This document shows, piece by piece, positions 8,386 to 18,135 of a DNA stretch of 64,000 nucleotides; position 1 is the first letter of the stretch; each line of letters starts with the position of its first letter. The position numbers and the translations under genes were made by a program. The notes under the pieces were generated by a model. It was not told where the DNA came from. It did not search any database and saw only the letters and a program-made list of their open reading frames with translations. The DNA is from Actinomycetes bacterium (GTDB taxonomy: Bacteria > Actinomycetota > Acidimicrobiia > Acidimicrobiales > Bog-793): NCBI GenBank assembly GCA_021829645.1, contig JAKBPI010000001.1:7206-71205 (forward strand), in the 5' to 3' direction.

Positions 8386-11052
8386 GTGGATACTTGCCTA
8401 AGTAGTTTTGACATTATCAATGCAGCTAAAAAATATTTGGAAAACGCCGATGTCGCTTCGCATACAGATACGATACTGGCTTGCACAACCATATCGTTCA
8501 ATCAAACATCTCACGCAAAAAGTCTCGCCGCATCAATGGCGATATGTCATCCTTCAGCCAAATTGGCTGTTCTACTGACAGACGAACAAATTGCAGACGC
8601 CGTCTTTGACGAATTACAAAATATAGTTTCTTTTCGACCGAACGATATAGGTATCAAAAAAGCAGACTTACACAAACTGATGCTGTTTGCCTCAGGAGAA
8701 GATTTAGCCACAAAGCTTGTACCGGCTTTTGGCCTTTTCACTTTAAACCTTCGACCCAACCAACCTCTTCTTCTTCTCTCCCCTGAAACCGCTGTAATTT
8801 CCTTAGTCAACAATTTGCTCACGCAAACAAACGAATGCGGTGTAGCCTTAGTGCCCTGGCAGACACAGTACTCCCCCGATAAAGACACTCATGGTTTTTT
8901 TGATGCAGAAACCGACGGTTTAACACCTGAAGCATTGGATGTCGATATTTCCGGCACCTTCAACCCCGGAATCGTTGGAGTCAAAGGGGACAAAGGGGCT
9001 GATTTTCTCCGCTGGTGGCACAATGCCGTAAAGCGCAACTTGGCTACTCCGGAAACTTCACAATCTTCAACAAATAAAACGCACCGGACCGCTGGAGCCA
9101 CGCTACTTTCCCAAAAAGTACTGCAGTCTCTTCCATATGCACAACCCTATCTAGACCAGGCAATGGCTCTTTTTTCTCCGGCTATCGTCACGGACCCCGG
9201 ATGTGGCATAGGATTTTGGAACCTGCACCAACGACCATTACACCTTACGGATAACGGTATTGTGACAACAGGAAACAGCCCGATTTCCCTGATGCATTTT
9301 GCCGGACTCGACCCTCATAAGCCTTATATCCTTTCTGCTGCCACATCTCATCATCCGAGGGTCTTGCTCAGCAAAGATCCCGTTCTCAGGCAGTTGTGCC
9401 AGGGTCAAATAGACCGACTCATCGGAGGAAAATTTGAATCGGCAGAAGACCTCACCAGTCAAACTACGTTCTGTGACGGCAATACCCTTGACGACAGAAT
9501 GCGCCGTCTATTACATAGAGCGATCCTCGAAGAAGGGTTTGACAACTTAACAGTAGGTGACCCGTTCAACCGAGAAGGCTTAGACGAATTTTATAGTTTC
9601 TTATCCGCAGCCGATCCCAAGAGAACCTCCGGACCGAGAGTACCGGGGTATTTACTGGAGATCTATGAAGAGCGAAAGGACTTAGCCCTCAACTTTCCCA
9701 GACTCACAACAGTAGATGCTTTACCATATAGAAACTGGGTAGCCTTTCATGGCGTCAAAGAAGAGGTGCCCCCGGGTAAGCTGAGAGAAATCCTGGCAGA
9801 AACACCTTGGTGGAAGTCGCCCACTTCCGTATTTTGTGCCGGAGCAGATGGGTTGCGAAAAGGCGTTGCACTCACCGGCTACTTGAGAGCAGAGGTTGGG
9901 GTTGGAGAAGCTGCACGACTTGTCTTAGACGCTTTGGTGGGAGCCAGAATCGAAGTGAGTCCCGTCAATGTAGAATTGCCCACTAGCAGACAAAATCACC
10001 CTCTGAACTCGGACGCCCAGATAGTTGACAGAAAAATCAACGTCATTTGGATGAATGCCGAACACTTACTCGGCTTTGCTGCTTTGGTCGGTCCGGAATT
10101 TTTTGAAGGCAGATATACCGTCGGGGGTTGGGCATGGGAAACAGAACGCCTACCGCAGCGCATGGCTGCCAACTCTGACTTGGTGGATGAAATTTGGGTA
10201 CCCAGTAAATACGTTATGAATGCCGTCGAGCCATATGTTGAATGCCCCGTATATACTTTCCCGCATCCGATAACCGAGCCACCCGTAGATCAGAATTTCG
10301 ACTTGGTTGGACTCCTTGAAAAAGAAGCTCAAAGTAGAAATTCTCTTGTAAGTCTTGACCCAAAAGAAGTTAAGTCAAGATTCAAGTTTTTATATACGTT
10401 TGACTTCAACTCATCCCTGCAACGAAAAAATCCTTTTGGTGTTATAGAAGCTTTTAAAAAAGCATTTCAGGAAAACGAAGGACCTATACTTATCCTCAAA
10501 AGCGTCAATGGTTATAAATGGCAAGCCGATCTAGAGAAATTAAAGTACGAAACTTTAGATAGGTCAGACATCATCATTCTGGATACTTATCTTTCTTCAG
10601 CAGAAAGAGGAGCGTTGCTGAACAGTTGTGACTGCTATGTTTCACTGCATAGGTCTGAAGGTTTTGGACTCGGTATGGCAGAAGCAATGACACTTGCCAA
10701 ACCGGTAATAGCGACTGGTTATTCCGGAAATCTAGAGTTTATGGACGATACCACCGCTTGGTTGGTATCGGCTGAAAAAGTGCCTGTTGGCTTTCTTGCC
10801 CCTCCTTATGACCCAGACGATCGTTGGGGAAATCCGAATTTGGATGAAGCAGCTCAATATATGAGAGATATTGTTTCCGATCCGAAATCCGCCCAACAAA
10901 AAGCTGACCGCGCTAAAATCAAAGTTCTAGCAGAACACGGGAGAGCAAAAGCCATTAAATTCTTGACAAACAGAATAGATGAAATAGCCAAATTAGAAGA
11001 AGCAGAGTACATAAGCCCGGCGGCAGCGGCTTTAAGAAAGCATTTACTTTAG
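8386..11052 (+). CDS. Two-domain glycosyltransferase: GT-A-like N-domain with a degenerate DxD, a conserved linker, and a GT4 (GT-B) C-domain
   Basis: Paralog of 12286..16284 over its whole length. GT4 motifs: RKNPFGVIEAF and SLHRSEGFGLGMAEAMTLAKPVIATGYSGN. GTG start as given by the track. Confidence 0.75.
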   Translation: MDTCLSSFDIINAAKKYLENADVASHTDTILACTTISFNQTSHAKSLAASMAICHPSAKLAVLLTDEQIADAVFDELQNIVSFRPNDIGIKKADLHKLMLFASGEDLATKLVPAFGLFTLNLRPNQPLLLLSPETAVISLVNNLLTQTNECGVALVPWQTQYSPDKDTHGFFDAETDGLTPEALDVDISGTFNPGIVGVKGDKGADFLRWWHNAVKRNLATPETSQSSTNKTHRTAGATLLSQKVLQSLPYAQPYLDQAMALFSPAIVTDPGCGIGFWNLHQRPLHLTDNGIVTTGNSPISLMHFAGLDPHKPYILSAATSHHPRVLLSKDPVLRQLCQGQIDRLIGGKFESAEDLTSQTTFCDGNTLDDRMRRLLHRAILEEGFDNLTVGDPFNREGLDEFYSFLSAADPKRTSGPRVPGYLLEIYEERKDLALNFPRLTTVDALPYRNWVAFHGVKEEVPPGKLREILAETPWWKSPTSVFCAGADGLRKGVALTGYLRAEVGVGEAARLVLDALVGARIEVSPVNVELPTSRQNHPLNSDAQIVDRKINVIWMNAEHLLGFAALVGPEFFEGRYTVGGWAWETERLPQRMAANSDLVDEIWVPSKYVMNAVEPYVECPVYTFPHPITEPPVDQNFDLVGLLEKEAQSRNSLVSLDPKEVKSRFKFLYTFDFNSSLQRKNPFGVIEAFKKAFQENEGPILILKSVNGYKWQADLEKLKYETLDRSDIIILDTYLSSAERGALLNSCDCYVSLHRSEGFGLGMAEAMTLAKPVIATGYSGNLEFMDDTTAWLVSAEKVPVGFLAPPYDPDDRWGNPNLDEAAQYMRDIVSDPKSAQQKADRAKIKVLAEHGRAKAIKFLTNRIDEIAKLEEAEYISPAAAALRKHLL

Positions 11053-11057
11053 ATATC

Positions 11058-12176
11058 GTGAATAAAACACAAACTGTCACTCCAGCCACATCCACATCCG
11101 GTGCTGTTACGGCAGTAATAGTTGTTTACACCGTCAGTAGATTAGCGCTTTTGCTAGCTGCTGATGCTATTTCATCTCTGCATACCAACTTGCCTATTCC
11201 AAGGGTGCTGGCACCATGGGATGGCACATACTACATAGGAATACTTAAATCAGGCTACCCCATACACGTCAATCCTGCGTCTGTCAATTCTGAACCCATT
11301 GCATTTTTTCCTTTCTACCCTCTTTTGGGTAAAGCAATTACCGTAATACTTTCTACACACGCCAGCATAACTCTTGAGGTTGTTGCCATGATAGCTGGAG
11401 GAATCGCATCTGTTTTTGCCACCCTCATAGCAAGAGAGTACAGTGACCCCACCACAGCAAGAAGGGCAGGAATTCTTTTTGCTCTTTTCCCGGGTTCTGT
11501 GATATCGGTAATGGCTTATGCGGATTCATTAGCCGTAATGTTTTCAGTAGCAGCAATTTTCTTTCTTATGCGGAAACGCTATATCGTAGCTGGCATTGCC
11601 GCAGGATTAGCCACTGCCACCTTGTCACTCATGTTATTGCCACTGTTGCTTTTCATTCTGATTTACGGCATTAGAAACAAGAGTTTCAAATCTTTAATTA
11701 CTCTTGTATTGACTGGATCTGGCGGAGGAGCCTACCTGCTCTACCTCTGGATCAGCACCGGTTCCCTTTTCACCTGGTCTAGAGTAGAAGCCGATCACTG
11801 GATGGTACGCTTGAGTTGGCCTTGGGAATTCCCCACGGCATTCTCGGCTTATGCTTTTACTTTTCAAGGATCCTATGTACTGACTGTTGCAAGCATTGTA
11901 GTAACGGCACTGGGACTGTATGCCCTATGGCGGATGAGAGCACCTATTGAATGGTTTATATTTTCCATTGCCATCATCTTTGCCATTACCTTTGACGGCG
12001 GAGCCTGGATCGCACCCAGATTTTTATACGACACCCCGCCTATGATCATCGCCCTTAGTATGTGGGGCGCTAGGAAAAATATTATATTCTTTCCTTTGTG
12101 CTTCATTTCCTTTTGCTGTTTGCTGGGACTCTTATTTGCCTATAGTCCCGGCAACATGGTATTTTTAAATCCATAA
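11058..12176 (+). CDS. Polytopic GT-C-type membrane glycosyltransferase, PIG-V/mannosyltransferase-like
   Basis: About 9-10 hydrophobic helices. The first-loop motif APWDGTYYIGILKSGY resembles the PIG-V-like family signature. It starts 5 nt after the upstream GT gene. Confidence 0.55.
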   Translation: MNKTQTVTPATSTSGAVTAVIVVYTVSRLALLLAADAISSLHTNLPIPRVLAPWDGTYYIGILKSGYPIHVNPASVNSEPIAFFPFYPLLGKAITVILSTHASITLEVVAMIAGGIASVFATLIAREYSDPTTARRAGILFALFPGSVISVMAYADSLAVMFSVAAIFFLMRKRYIVAGIAAGLATATLSLMLLPLLLFILIYGIRNKSFKSLITLVLTGSGGGAYLLYLWISTGSLFTWSRVEADHWMVRLSWPWEFPTAFSAYAFTFQGSYVLTVASIVVTALGLYALWRMRAPIEWFIFSIAIIFAITFDGGAWIAPRFLYDTPPMIIALSMWGARKNIIFFPLCFISFCCLLGLLFAYSPGNMVFLNP

Positions 12177-12285
12177 AGACGATAACCAATTTTTCCAGGT
12201 TAGGTCTTGTTATATGAAAGTTATCAATCTGTCAACAATTAAATGTTTTTATACAAAACAATCTGGTTATTGTTAGTCTGGAGAG

Positions 12286-15200
12286 GTGTTGTCTAATAAG
12301 TTATCGACTTATAAAAATCTTCATGCCTGTACCATCGTAGCTAAAAACTATTTGGCTGCGGCCAGAGTACTGGCAGAGTCTTTTTTAGCCATTCATGAAG
12401 GTGCTACTTTTACCACCCTTGTTTTAGATGACAGAGCAGGTACTATAGATTCCGCTCAGGAACCTTTCAGAGTCTTTGGCTTGGAGAATATAGGTCTCAG
12501 CCAAGAAGAAATCACTGAAATGACAGCCATCTATACCGTCATGGAACTAGCTACCGCTGTAAAACCTTGGTTACTGGAAACACTGCTAAATGAGGCAGAG
12601 GCTGTACTGTATCTGGATCCGGACATTAAGGTTTACTCTCCATTAGACGAATTGTTCATTGCGGCCAAAGAAGGCAAAATTGTATTGACCCCACACGCCG
12701 TCAAACCTATGCCTAGGGACAACAAAACAACTGATGAAACAGCTGTTTTATCGTCCGGTATTTACAACCTGGGCTTTATCGGGTTAGGTAAAGATAAGAA
12801 AAATGCCGACAAAGAAAAACCCTGTATAAAAGATTTTCTGGCCTTCTGGGAAGAAAGGCTCAAAAAAGAATGCTACGTAGACATAGCCAATATGCGCTTT
12901 GTGGATCAACGTTGGATTGATTTCGTGCCTGGAATATATGACGTAGCTATTATCAAAAATCCGGTCTATAACGTGGCTTATTGGAACTTGGACCACCGAG
13001 AAATAGGTTACGAAGATGGCCGTTACACAGTCAATGGTATGCCTTTGGCGTTTTTCCATTTTTCGGGATATAACCCGCATTTACCTCACCTACTTAGTAA
13101 ACACCAAGGGGAAAAACCCAGAATATTATTCTCTGAACATCCTCAGTTAAAAAAGCTTTGCGACGAATACGGACAAGATTTGATGGCACAAGGTTTTGAT
13201 AAGACCACCAAAGAGCCCTACCTTTATGACAGACTCGGCAATGGTATAAAACTGGATCAGTTTTCTAGGCGCCTTTACCGTGATGCTCTATTGAAAGCCT
13301 CAAATGAAAACCATGGGACACAAACCGAAACCCACTCTCCCCCCGGCCCTTTCTATAAAGATGGTAATGACTTTGTGATATGGCTTAATGAGCCACCGGA
13401 AGACCTTACGGCAAAAATGGCGTCGTCTGTTCATCAACCATCCCCAATACGTCTATACAACAACGCATACCCCAGCAGATACTTACTCGCCATTCATCAA
13501 GCAAGAGTCGATTTGCAAGCTGCTTTTCCAGACCCATTAGGCACCGACCAATATCGCTTGGTGGAATGGGCCGACAACGAAGCAATTTTGGGAAGACTCG
13601 ACCCGCGCTTGGTGCCCGGATCACCGGCTGCAAAAGAACTCCTAAAACTCGCATCCGGTAAGAGTTACAATCACCAATCTGCTACTACTGCAAATATCCC
13701 TTTGCCTCGATCACAAACTCGGGCAGGAGGACGGCATGACAAACCTATCTTAGCTGACTCCTCTGATCACCTCATACCCGGTATGCGTGTCACGGGTTAT
13801 TTCCAAGCAGAAACAGGCACCGGTGAGCACGCCCGTCTTGTTCTCTCGGCTGTTGAAAAAGCCGGGATTACCGCAGGTGCATACATAGACAACAATATGA
13901 TAAGTCGACAATCTCATACCTTTGACTATCCGGACAGAAATGACCTCAACACTAATGTGGTCTGCATAAATGCAGACCAGCTACCCCATTTTGCCGAAAA
14001 GGTAGGTAGGGAATTTTTTGAAGGTCGCTACAATATCGGTCTATGGGCATGGGAATTGGAAGAAATGCCTGAACACTTTGCAAAAGCCGCTTCGTGCTTG
14101 GATGAAATTTGGGCCAACAGTTCCTTTACGCAACAGGCTATTTCAAAAATTACTGACAAGCCGGTCTTTTCTTTTCCGCTGCCCGTGAAAGAACCGATCA
14201 TAACAAAAAAATTTGACCGGAAAAGATTGGGAATTGGCTCAGAACCAATGTTTCTCTTTTGCTTTGACCTAATGTCGGTGATGGAAAGGAAAAACCCACT
14301 GGGCCTCATTGAAGCTTTTTCTATGGCATTCCAAGACGGCGAAGGACCCAAGCTGGTCATAAAAGCCGTAGGGGGAGAGCATAAAATAGCCGACCTGGAG
14401 AAGCTGAAGTATGCAGCATCTAAACGCAGTGACATCATTATTTTTGATTCCTATCTTTCTTTTGAAGAAAATGCTGCCCTCATAGAATCGTGCGATTGCT
14501 ATGTCTCGCTGCACAGATCGGAGGGCTTTGGTTTGACATTAGCCGAAGCCATGGCACTGGCTAAGCCTGTAATATCCACTAAGTATTCCGGCAACTTGGA
14601 TTTTATGACACATGAAAATTCTTTTCTTGTCCCATTTGAACACGTCAACATACCTTCTGGTTGCGATCCATATCCATCTTCCATGAAGTGGGCTGATCCT
14701 GACCTAGAAATGGCGGCCGGCTTTATGCGTGACGTAGTAGAAAAACCGGATTTGGCTAAAGAAAAAGGCCTGCTCGCCAAAAGTCAGGTCTTACAAATGC
14801 ACGGCTTAGAAGCAAGGATTCAATTCATAAAAACTCGCTTTGATTTTGCACAAAACTACCTCTCGACGGAAGGAAATAAGGTGTCGGTACAAAAAATTAA
14901 TACGCCTCAGATCCCACAAGATCCACCCTTGATCGCTTTGGCAAAATCCACTCCCAACCTATCCACACCAAGCAAAAAAGGGGTTTTTGCCAAGGCCTAC
15001 AGAAAAGTACTGTATAAAGCGCTACGCCACCACGACGAACACCAACGACAGCTTGACATAGCAATGGCAGCCGGTATCGAACACGTAGCCCGACTCATAA
15101 CTGAATATGGGCAGGTCATTAATGACCTACAAACCAACATCAGTGAAATACGAAAGTCATTGACAGATGATGTTGAACCAAAGAGTGGTCATATAGAACT

Positions 15201-16284
15201 CAACACGAAACAGACTAAATCCAATTTGCAACGCATACATGATTTAGAAAAGCAACTCTTTGAAATTAGAGAATTAATTTATAGTCAAAAAACTGTCATC
15301 AAGTCTCAAGAAGATAGATTTGCCTCGGATATCAAAAAGTTCCTTACCATAAAAGACGAACTGGACGCTTTGGAAAGTCATTTTGAACGCCTAACAGAAG
15401 AGGTAAGTATCATTGACGGAAAAGAAAAGCGTCGTAAACTTTTAGAAATAGAAAAAATGCTTGAACAACTAAAAACCATGCCCCTCTCATCAATGTTTGA
15501 CAAACCTGAATACCTGATAAAAGGTGTTGACGGATTTTCAACTTTAGGCTACGACCTGGTTTTAGAAAAAAACGCCAAATCCTATTTAGAAATAATCGAT
15601 CAGCAAATATCGGCAGGGGACAAAAAGAAGACCCGCGGCAACGATAACTACACGACGCAGAGTGCCTTAGAATCGACATCCGACGAACAAGACTCTTCAC
15701 CTATTTGGAGTGCTAAATCCCTATGGGACACCAGTGACATGGTATCTGAAAGACAAAAATCATATCTAAAACTCCTCAGTGCCTATGAAGGTGTTGTCGA
15801 CTTGGGATGTGGGCGAGGTGAGTTATTGGAACTACTAAGAACTTTTGGGATAGCCGCAAAAGGTATCGAAAAAGATGCTGATTTAGTTCTCCTGTGCCAA
15901 AGAGCTGGCTTAGATGTTATTTGCCTTGACTTTCTGGATTACCTCTCCTCAATAAAAAAGAAGACAAAAAGCGCTATTGTGGCAGCCAGTATTGTTGAGT
16001 ATTTATCTGATTCCGACCTGACACGACTCATCAAATTGGCCTACAATGCTTTGTTGCCCGGGTCGATGCTGCTACTGGAAATGAAAAATCCATACCACAT
16101 AAAGTCCTTTGTCAATACTTGGACAGATCCAGACACGATAAGGCCTATTGCCCCGGAAGTATTACTCCTAAAATGTCATGAAACTGGTTTTCAACGAGCT
16201 GAACTATTTTTCCCACTCGGAACGGGGGAATACAAAAACGATCTGGCAGAGCAAGATTATTACGCAATCATTGCCTATGCGTAG
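12286..16284 (+). CDS. 1332-aa fusion: GT-A-like domain (DPD intact) + linker + GT4 domain + ~200-aa coiled coil + class I SAM methyltransferase
   Basis: YLDPDI (DPD at 12616-12624), FHFSGYNPHLPH, RKNPLGLIEAF, SLHRSEGFGLTLAEAM. A charged helical segment follows (..IHDLEKQLFEIRELIYSQ..LEIEKMLEQLK). Methyltransferase motif I is VVDLGCGRGELLELL. Confidence 0.75.
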   Translation: MLSNKLSTYKNLHACTIVAKNYLAAARVLAESFLAIHEGATFTTLVLDDRAGTIDSAQEPFRVFGLENIGLSQEEITEMTAIYTVMELATAVKPWLLETLLNEAEAVLYLDPDIKVYSPLDELFIAAKEGKIVLTPHAVKPMPRDNKTTDETAVLSSGIYNLGFIGLGKDKKNADKEKPCIKDFLAFWEERLKKECYVDIANMRFVDQRWIDFVPGIYDVAIIKNPVYNVAYWNLDHREIGYEDGRYTVNGMPLAFFHFSGYNPHLPHLLSKHQGEKPRILFSEHPQLKKLCDEYGQDLMAQGFDKTTKEPYLYDRLGNGIKLDQFSRRLYRDALLKASNENHGTQTETHSPPGPFYKDGNDFVIWLNEPPEDLTAKMASSVHQPSPIRLYNNAYPSRYLLAIHQARVDLQAAFPDPLGTDQYRLVEWADNEAILGRLDPRLVPGSPAAKELLKLASGKSYNHQSATTANIPLPRSQTRAGGRHDKPILADSSDHLIPGMRVTGYFQAETGTGEHARLVLSAVEKAGITAGAYIDNNMISRQSHTFDYPDRNDLNTNVVCINADQLPHFAEKVGREFFEGRYNIGLWAWELEEMPEHFAKAASCLDEIWANSSFTQQAISKITDKPVFSFPLPVKEPIITKKFDRKRLGIGSEPMFLFCFDLMSVMERKNPLGLIEAFSMAFQDGEGPKLVIKAVGGEHKIADLEKLKYAASKRSDIIIFDSYLSFEENAALIESCDCYVSLHRSEGFGLTLAEAMALAKPVISTKYSGNLDFMTHENSFLVPFEHVNIPSGCDPYPSSMKWADPDLEMAAGFMRDVVEKPDLAKEKGLLAKSQVLQMHGLEARIQFIKTRFDFAQNYLSTEGNKVSVQKINTPQIPQDPPLIALAKSTPNLSTPSKKGVFAKAYRKVLYKALRHHDEHQRQLDIAMAAGIEHVARLITEYGQVINDLQTNISEIRKSLTDDVEPKSGHIELNTKQTKSNLQRIHDLEKQLFEIRELIYSQKTVIKSQEDRFASDIKKFLTIKDELDALESHFERLTEEVSIIDGKEKRRKLLEIEKMLEQLKTMPLSSMFDKPEYLIKGVDGFSTLGYDLVLEKNAKSYLEIIDQQISAGDKKKTRGNDNYTTQSALESTSDEQDSSPIWSAKSLWDTSDMVSERQKSYLKLLSAYEGVVDLGCGRGELLELLRTFGIAAKGIEKDADLVLLCQRAGLDVICLDFLDYLSSIKKKTKSAIVAASIVEYLSDSDLTRLIKLAYNALLPGSMLLLEMKNPYHIKSFVNTWTDPDTIRPIAPEVLLLKCHETGFQRAELFFPLGTGEYKNDLAEQDYYAIIAYA

Positions 16285-16419
16285 GCTTAAAGACACCAAA
16301 AGGCATTTGTCCTACTAAATATTTCAAAAAATATTTGATTCGCACATAAAAACTTTATAGGCGTTTTACGATAGATTTGTTGTTTGTAAACATATTGGGT
16401 TTTACGGTAAGGGAAAAAA

Positions 16420-18135
16420 GTGGTCACAAGTCAGATATCACCGGAAGACATTAATCTGGGTCTTCCCATACCCAAAAATAGTAGGTTGCGCTTCATCAAA
16501 AAGGTAGTCGCCAAATTAAACTGGCCTTTCCTCTCACATCAGATTAAAATCAACAACAGTATTTTGTCGCAAATGAGCCAGCTGTCGGAGAATGAAGACA
16601 ACTTAACCCAAGCCGTAAACGGTATTTTGGGGACATTAGATCAAATTCAATTTTCCCTTGCTCATCATACTTCCGTCTTAGAGCGTTTTGAACAGACACT
16701 TTCCCGACATGACACGTTTATTCACCACAACGAAGAAATACTAACCGGCAATGCAAAAAATCTTGAGCACCATCAAGTAGTCCTAACCAGACTGGACAAA
16801 ACCGCCGAAGAATACGGTAGGGTTTTGCAACACCATGACGAAGTGTGTACGCGTCAAGATTTGACCTTAGAAAGCCACGAGAGCTATATATCGCATATCA
16901 AAGAGATCTCTGATCATTATGCCAGGTTGAGTATCCTGATTGAACTCGTACAGCAACAATCTTTTACAAGACTTCATGAAACACTTGGGCCACTTCAGGA
17001 AACACTTAACAGCCATGAGCGGCTGTTAAGTGAGCAATATGATGCGGTAAACACCAGGATTCAAGAACAATATGATGCGGTGAACACCAGGATTCAAGAA
17101 CAATATGATGCAGTAAACGGCAGGATTCAAGAGCAATATGATGCAGTAAACGGCAGGATTCAAGAGCAATATGATGCGGTGAACACCAGGATTCAAGAAC
17201 AATATGATGCAGTAAACGGCAGGATTCAAGAGCAATATGATGCAGTAAACGGCAGGATTCAAGAGCAATATGATGCGATGAATAACCTTACTGAGGTACA
17301 AAATCAAAAAACCCTCTCTACTGCTCAAAATGCTATTAATAAAGAAATAAAGTCGATCTGGCCGCGGTTAGCACAAGTAGATCTTTTCCTCAATGAGGTA
17401 AAGAGATCTCTACCTGCTCCTCCTACAAAAGAATCACTTGCAAAACTGCCTTCAGCATTTGAAGGACTTTACGCCGCATTCGAAGAGTCATTTAGAGGTC
17501 CAGAAACCCTAATCCAGTCGAGACTGGAGGTTTACTTACCATTTATTAACCAGATATCCAATCTTGGGCCCGTATTGGACATTGGCTGCGGTCGTGGAGA
17601 ATTTTTGGAGATGTGTGCTCAACACAAAATTAATGCATATGGCGTAGACTCTCTACAAGAAAATGTTGAACGCTGCAAACGAAAGGGGTTGACTGTTCAA
17701 TGGGAAGATGCCTTTGAGCACTTACAGTCTGTGAAACCTGATTCGCTTAGTGTAATAACGGCAATACACATCATTGAGCACCTGGATTTAGCCCATCAGA
17801 TAGAACTTATAGACAGGGCATTAGCAGCACTTGTGCCTGGCGGTATGCTCATCATTGAGACCCCAAACCCAGAAAACGTTTTAGTCGGAAGCTGCTACTT
17901 TTATATGGATCCAACACATGTAAAACCAATACCTCCGGCACTACTAGAATTTTTCCTCAACACAAGAGGATTTATAGATGTAGACATACTCCGACACGAC
18001 AGAGACTCGTTGATCGACACAATAGATGACATTGAACATAGCACAAATGACGGTATGTCTGCTATTACAGAAACGCTGTCAACATTATTTAATTCTGCGC
18101 CTGATTACGCTGTCATAGGAAAAAAGATTGCTTAG
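16420..18135 (+). CDS. Coiled-coil protein with a C-terminal class I SAM methyltransferase (paralog of the C-terminus of 12286..16284)
   Basis: The N-terminal ~330 aa are helical and repetitive, including 7 exact plus 1 degenerate 11-residue repeats. Methyltransferase motif I is VLDIGCGRGEFLEM; post-I/II regions align with the 1332-aa protein (..LVPGGMLIIETPNPEN vs ..LLPGSMLLLEMKNPYH). Confidence 0.75.
   Translation: MVTSQISPEDINLGLPIPKNSRLRFIKKVVAKLNWPFLSHQIKINNSILSQMSQLSENEDNLTQAVNGILGTLDQIQFSLAHHTSVLERFEQTLSRHDTFIHHNEEILTGNAKNLEHHQVVLTRLDKTAEEYGRVLQHHDEVCTRQDLTLESHESYISHIKEISDHYARLSILIELVQQQSFTRLHETLGPLQETLNSHERLLSEQYDAVNTRIQEQYDAVNTRIQEQYDAVNGRIQEQYDAVNGRIQEQYDAVNTRIQEQYDAVNGRIQEQYDAVNGRIQEQYDAMNNLTEVQNQKTLSTAQNAINKEIKSIWPRLAQVDLFLNEVKRSLPAPPTKESLAKLPSAFEGLYAAFEESFRGPETLIQSRLEVYLPFINQISNLGPVLDIGCGRGEFLEMCAQHKINAYGVDSLQENVERCKRKGLTVQWEDAFEHLQSVKPDSLSVITAIHIIEHLDLAHQIELIDRALAALVPGGMLIIETPNPENVLVGSCYFYMDPTHVKPIPPALLEFFLNTRGFIDVDILRHDRDSLIDTIDDIEHSTNDGMSAITETLSTLFNSAPDYAVIGKKIA
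17032..17295 (+). repeat. In-frame 33-bp tandem repeat, 7 near-identical units plus 1 degenerate unit, encoding EQYDAVN(T/G)RIQ
   Basis: Units start at 17032, 17065, 17098, 17131, 17164, 17197 and 17230. Units 2-4 and 5-7 form a 99-bp higher-order duplication that differs at one base. Unit 8 (17263-17295) is degenerate. Confidence 0.95.

Noticed and set aside
17032-17295. 33-nt repeats that might look like a CRISPR array at first glance
   Set aside because: The units are directly contiguous with no spacers. They are in frame inside a long ORF and encode a regular 11-residue helical repeat. No cas genes are present.
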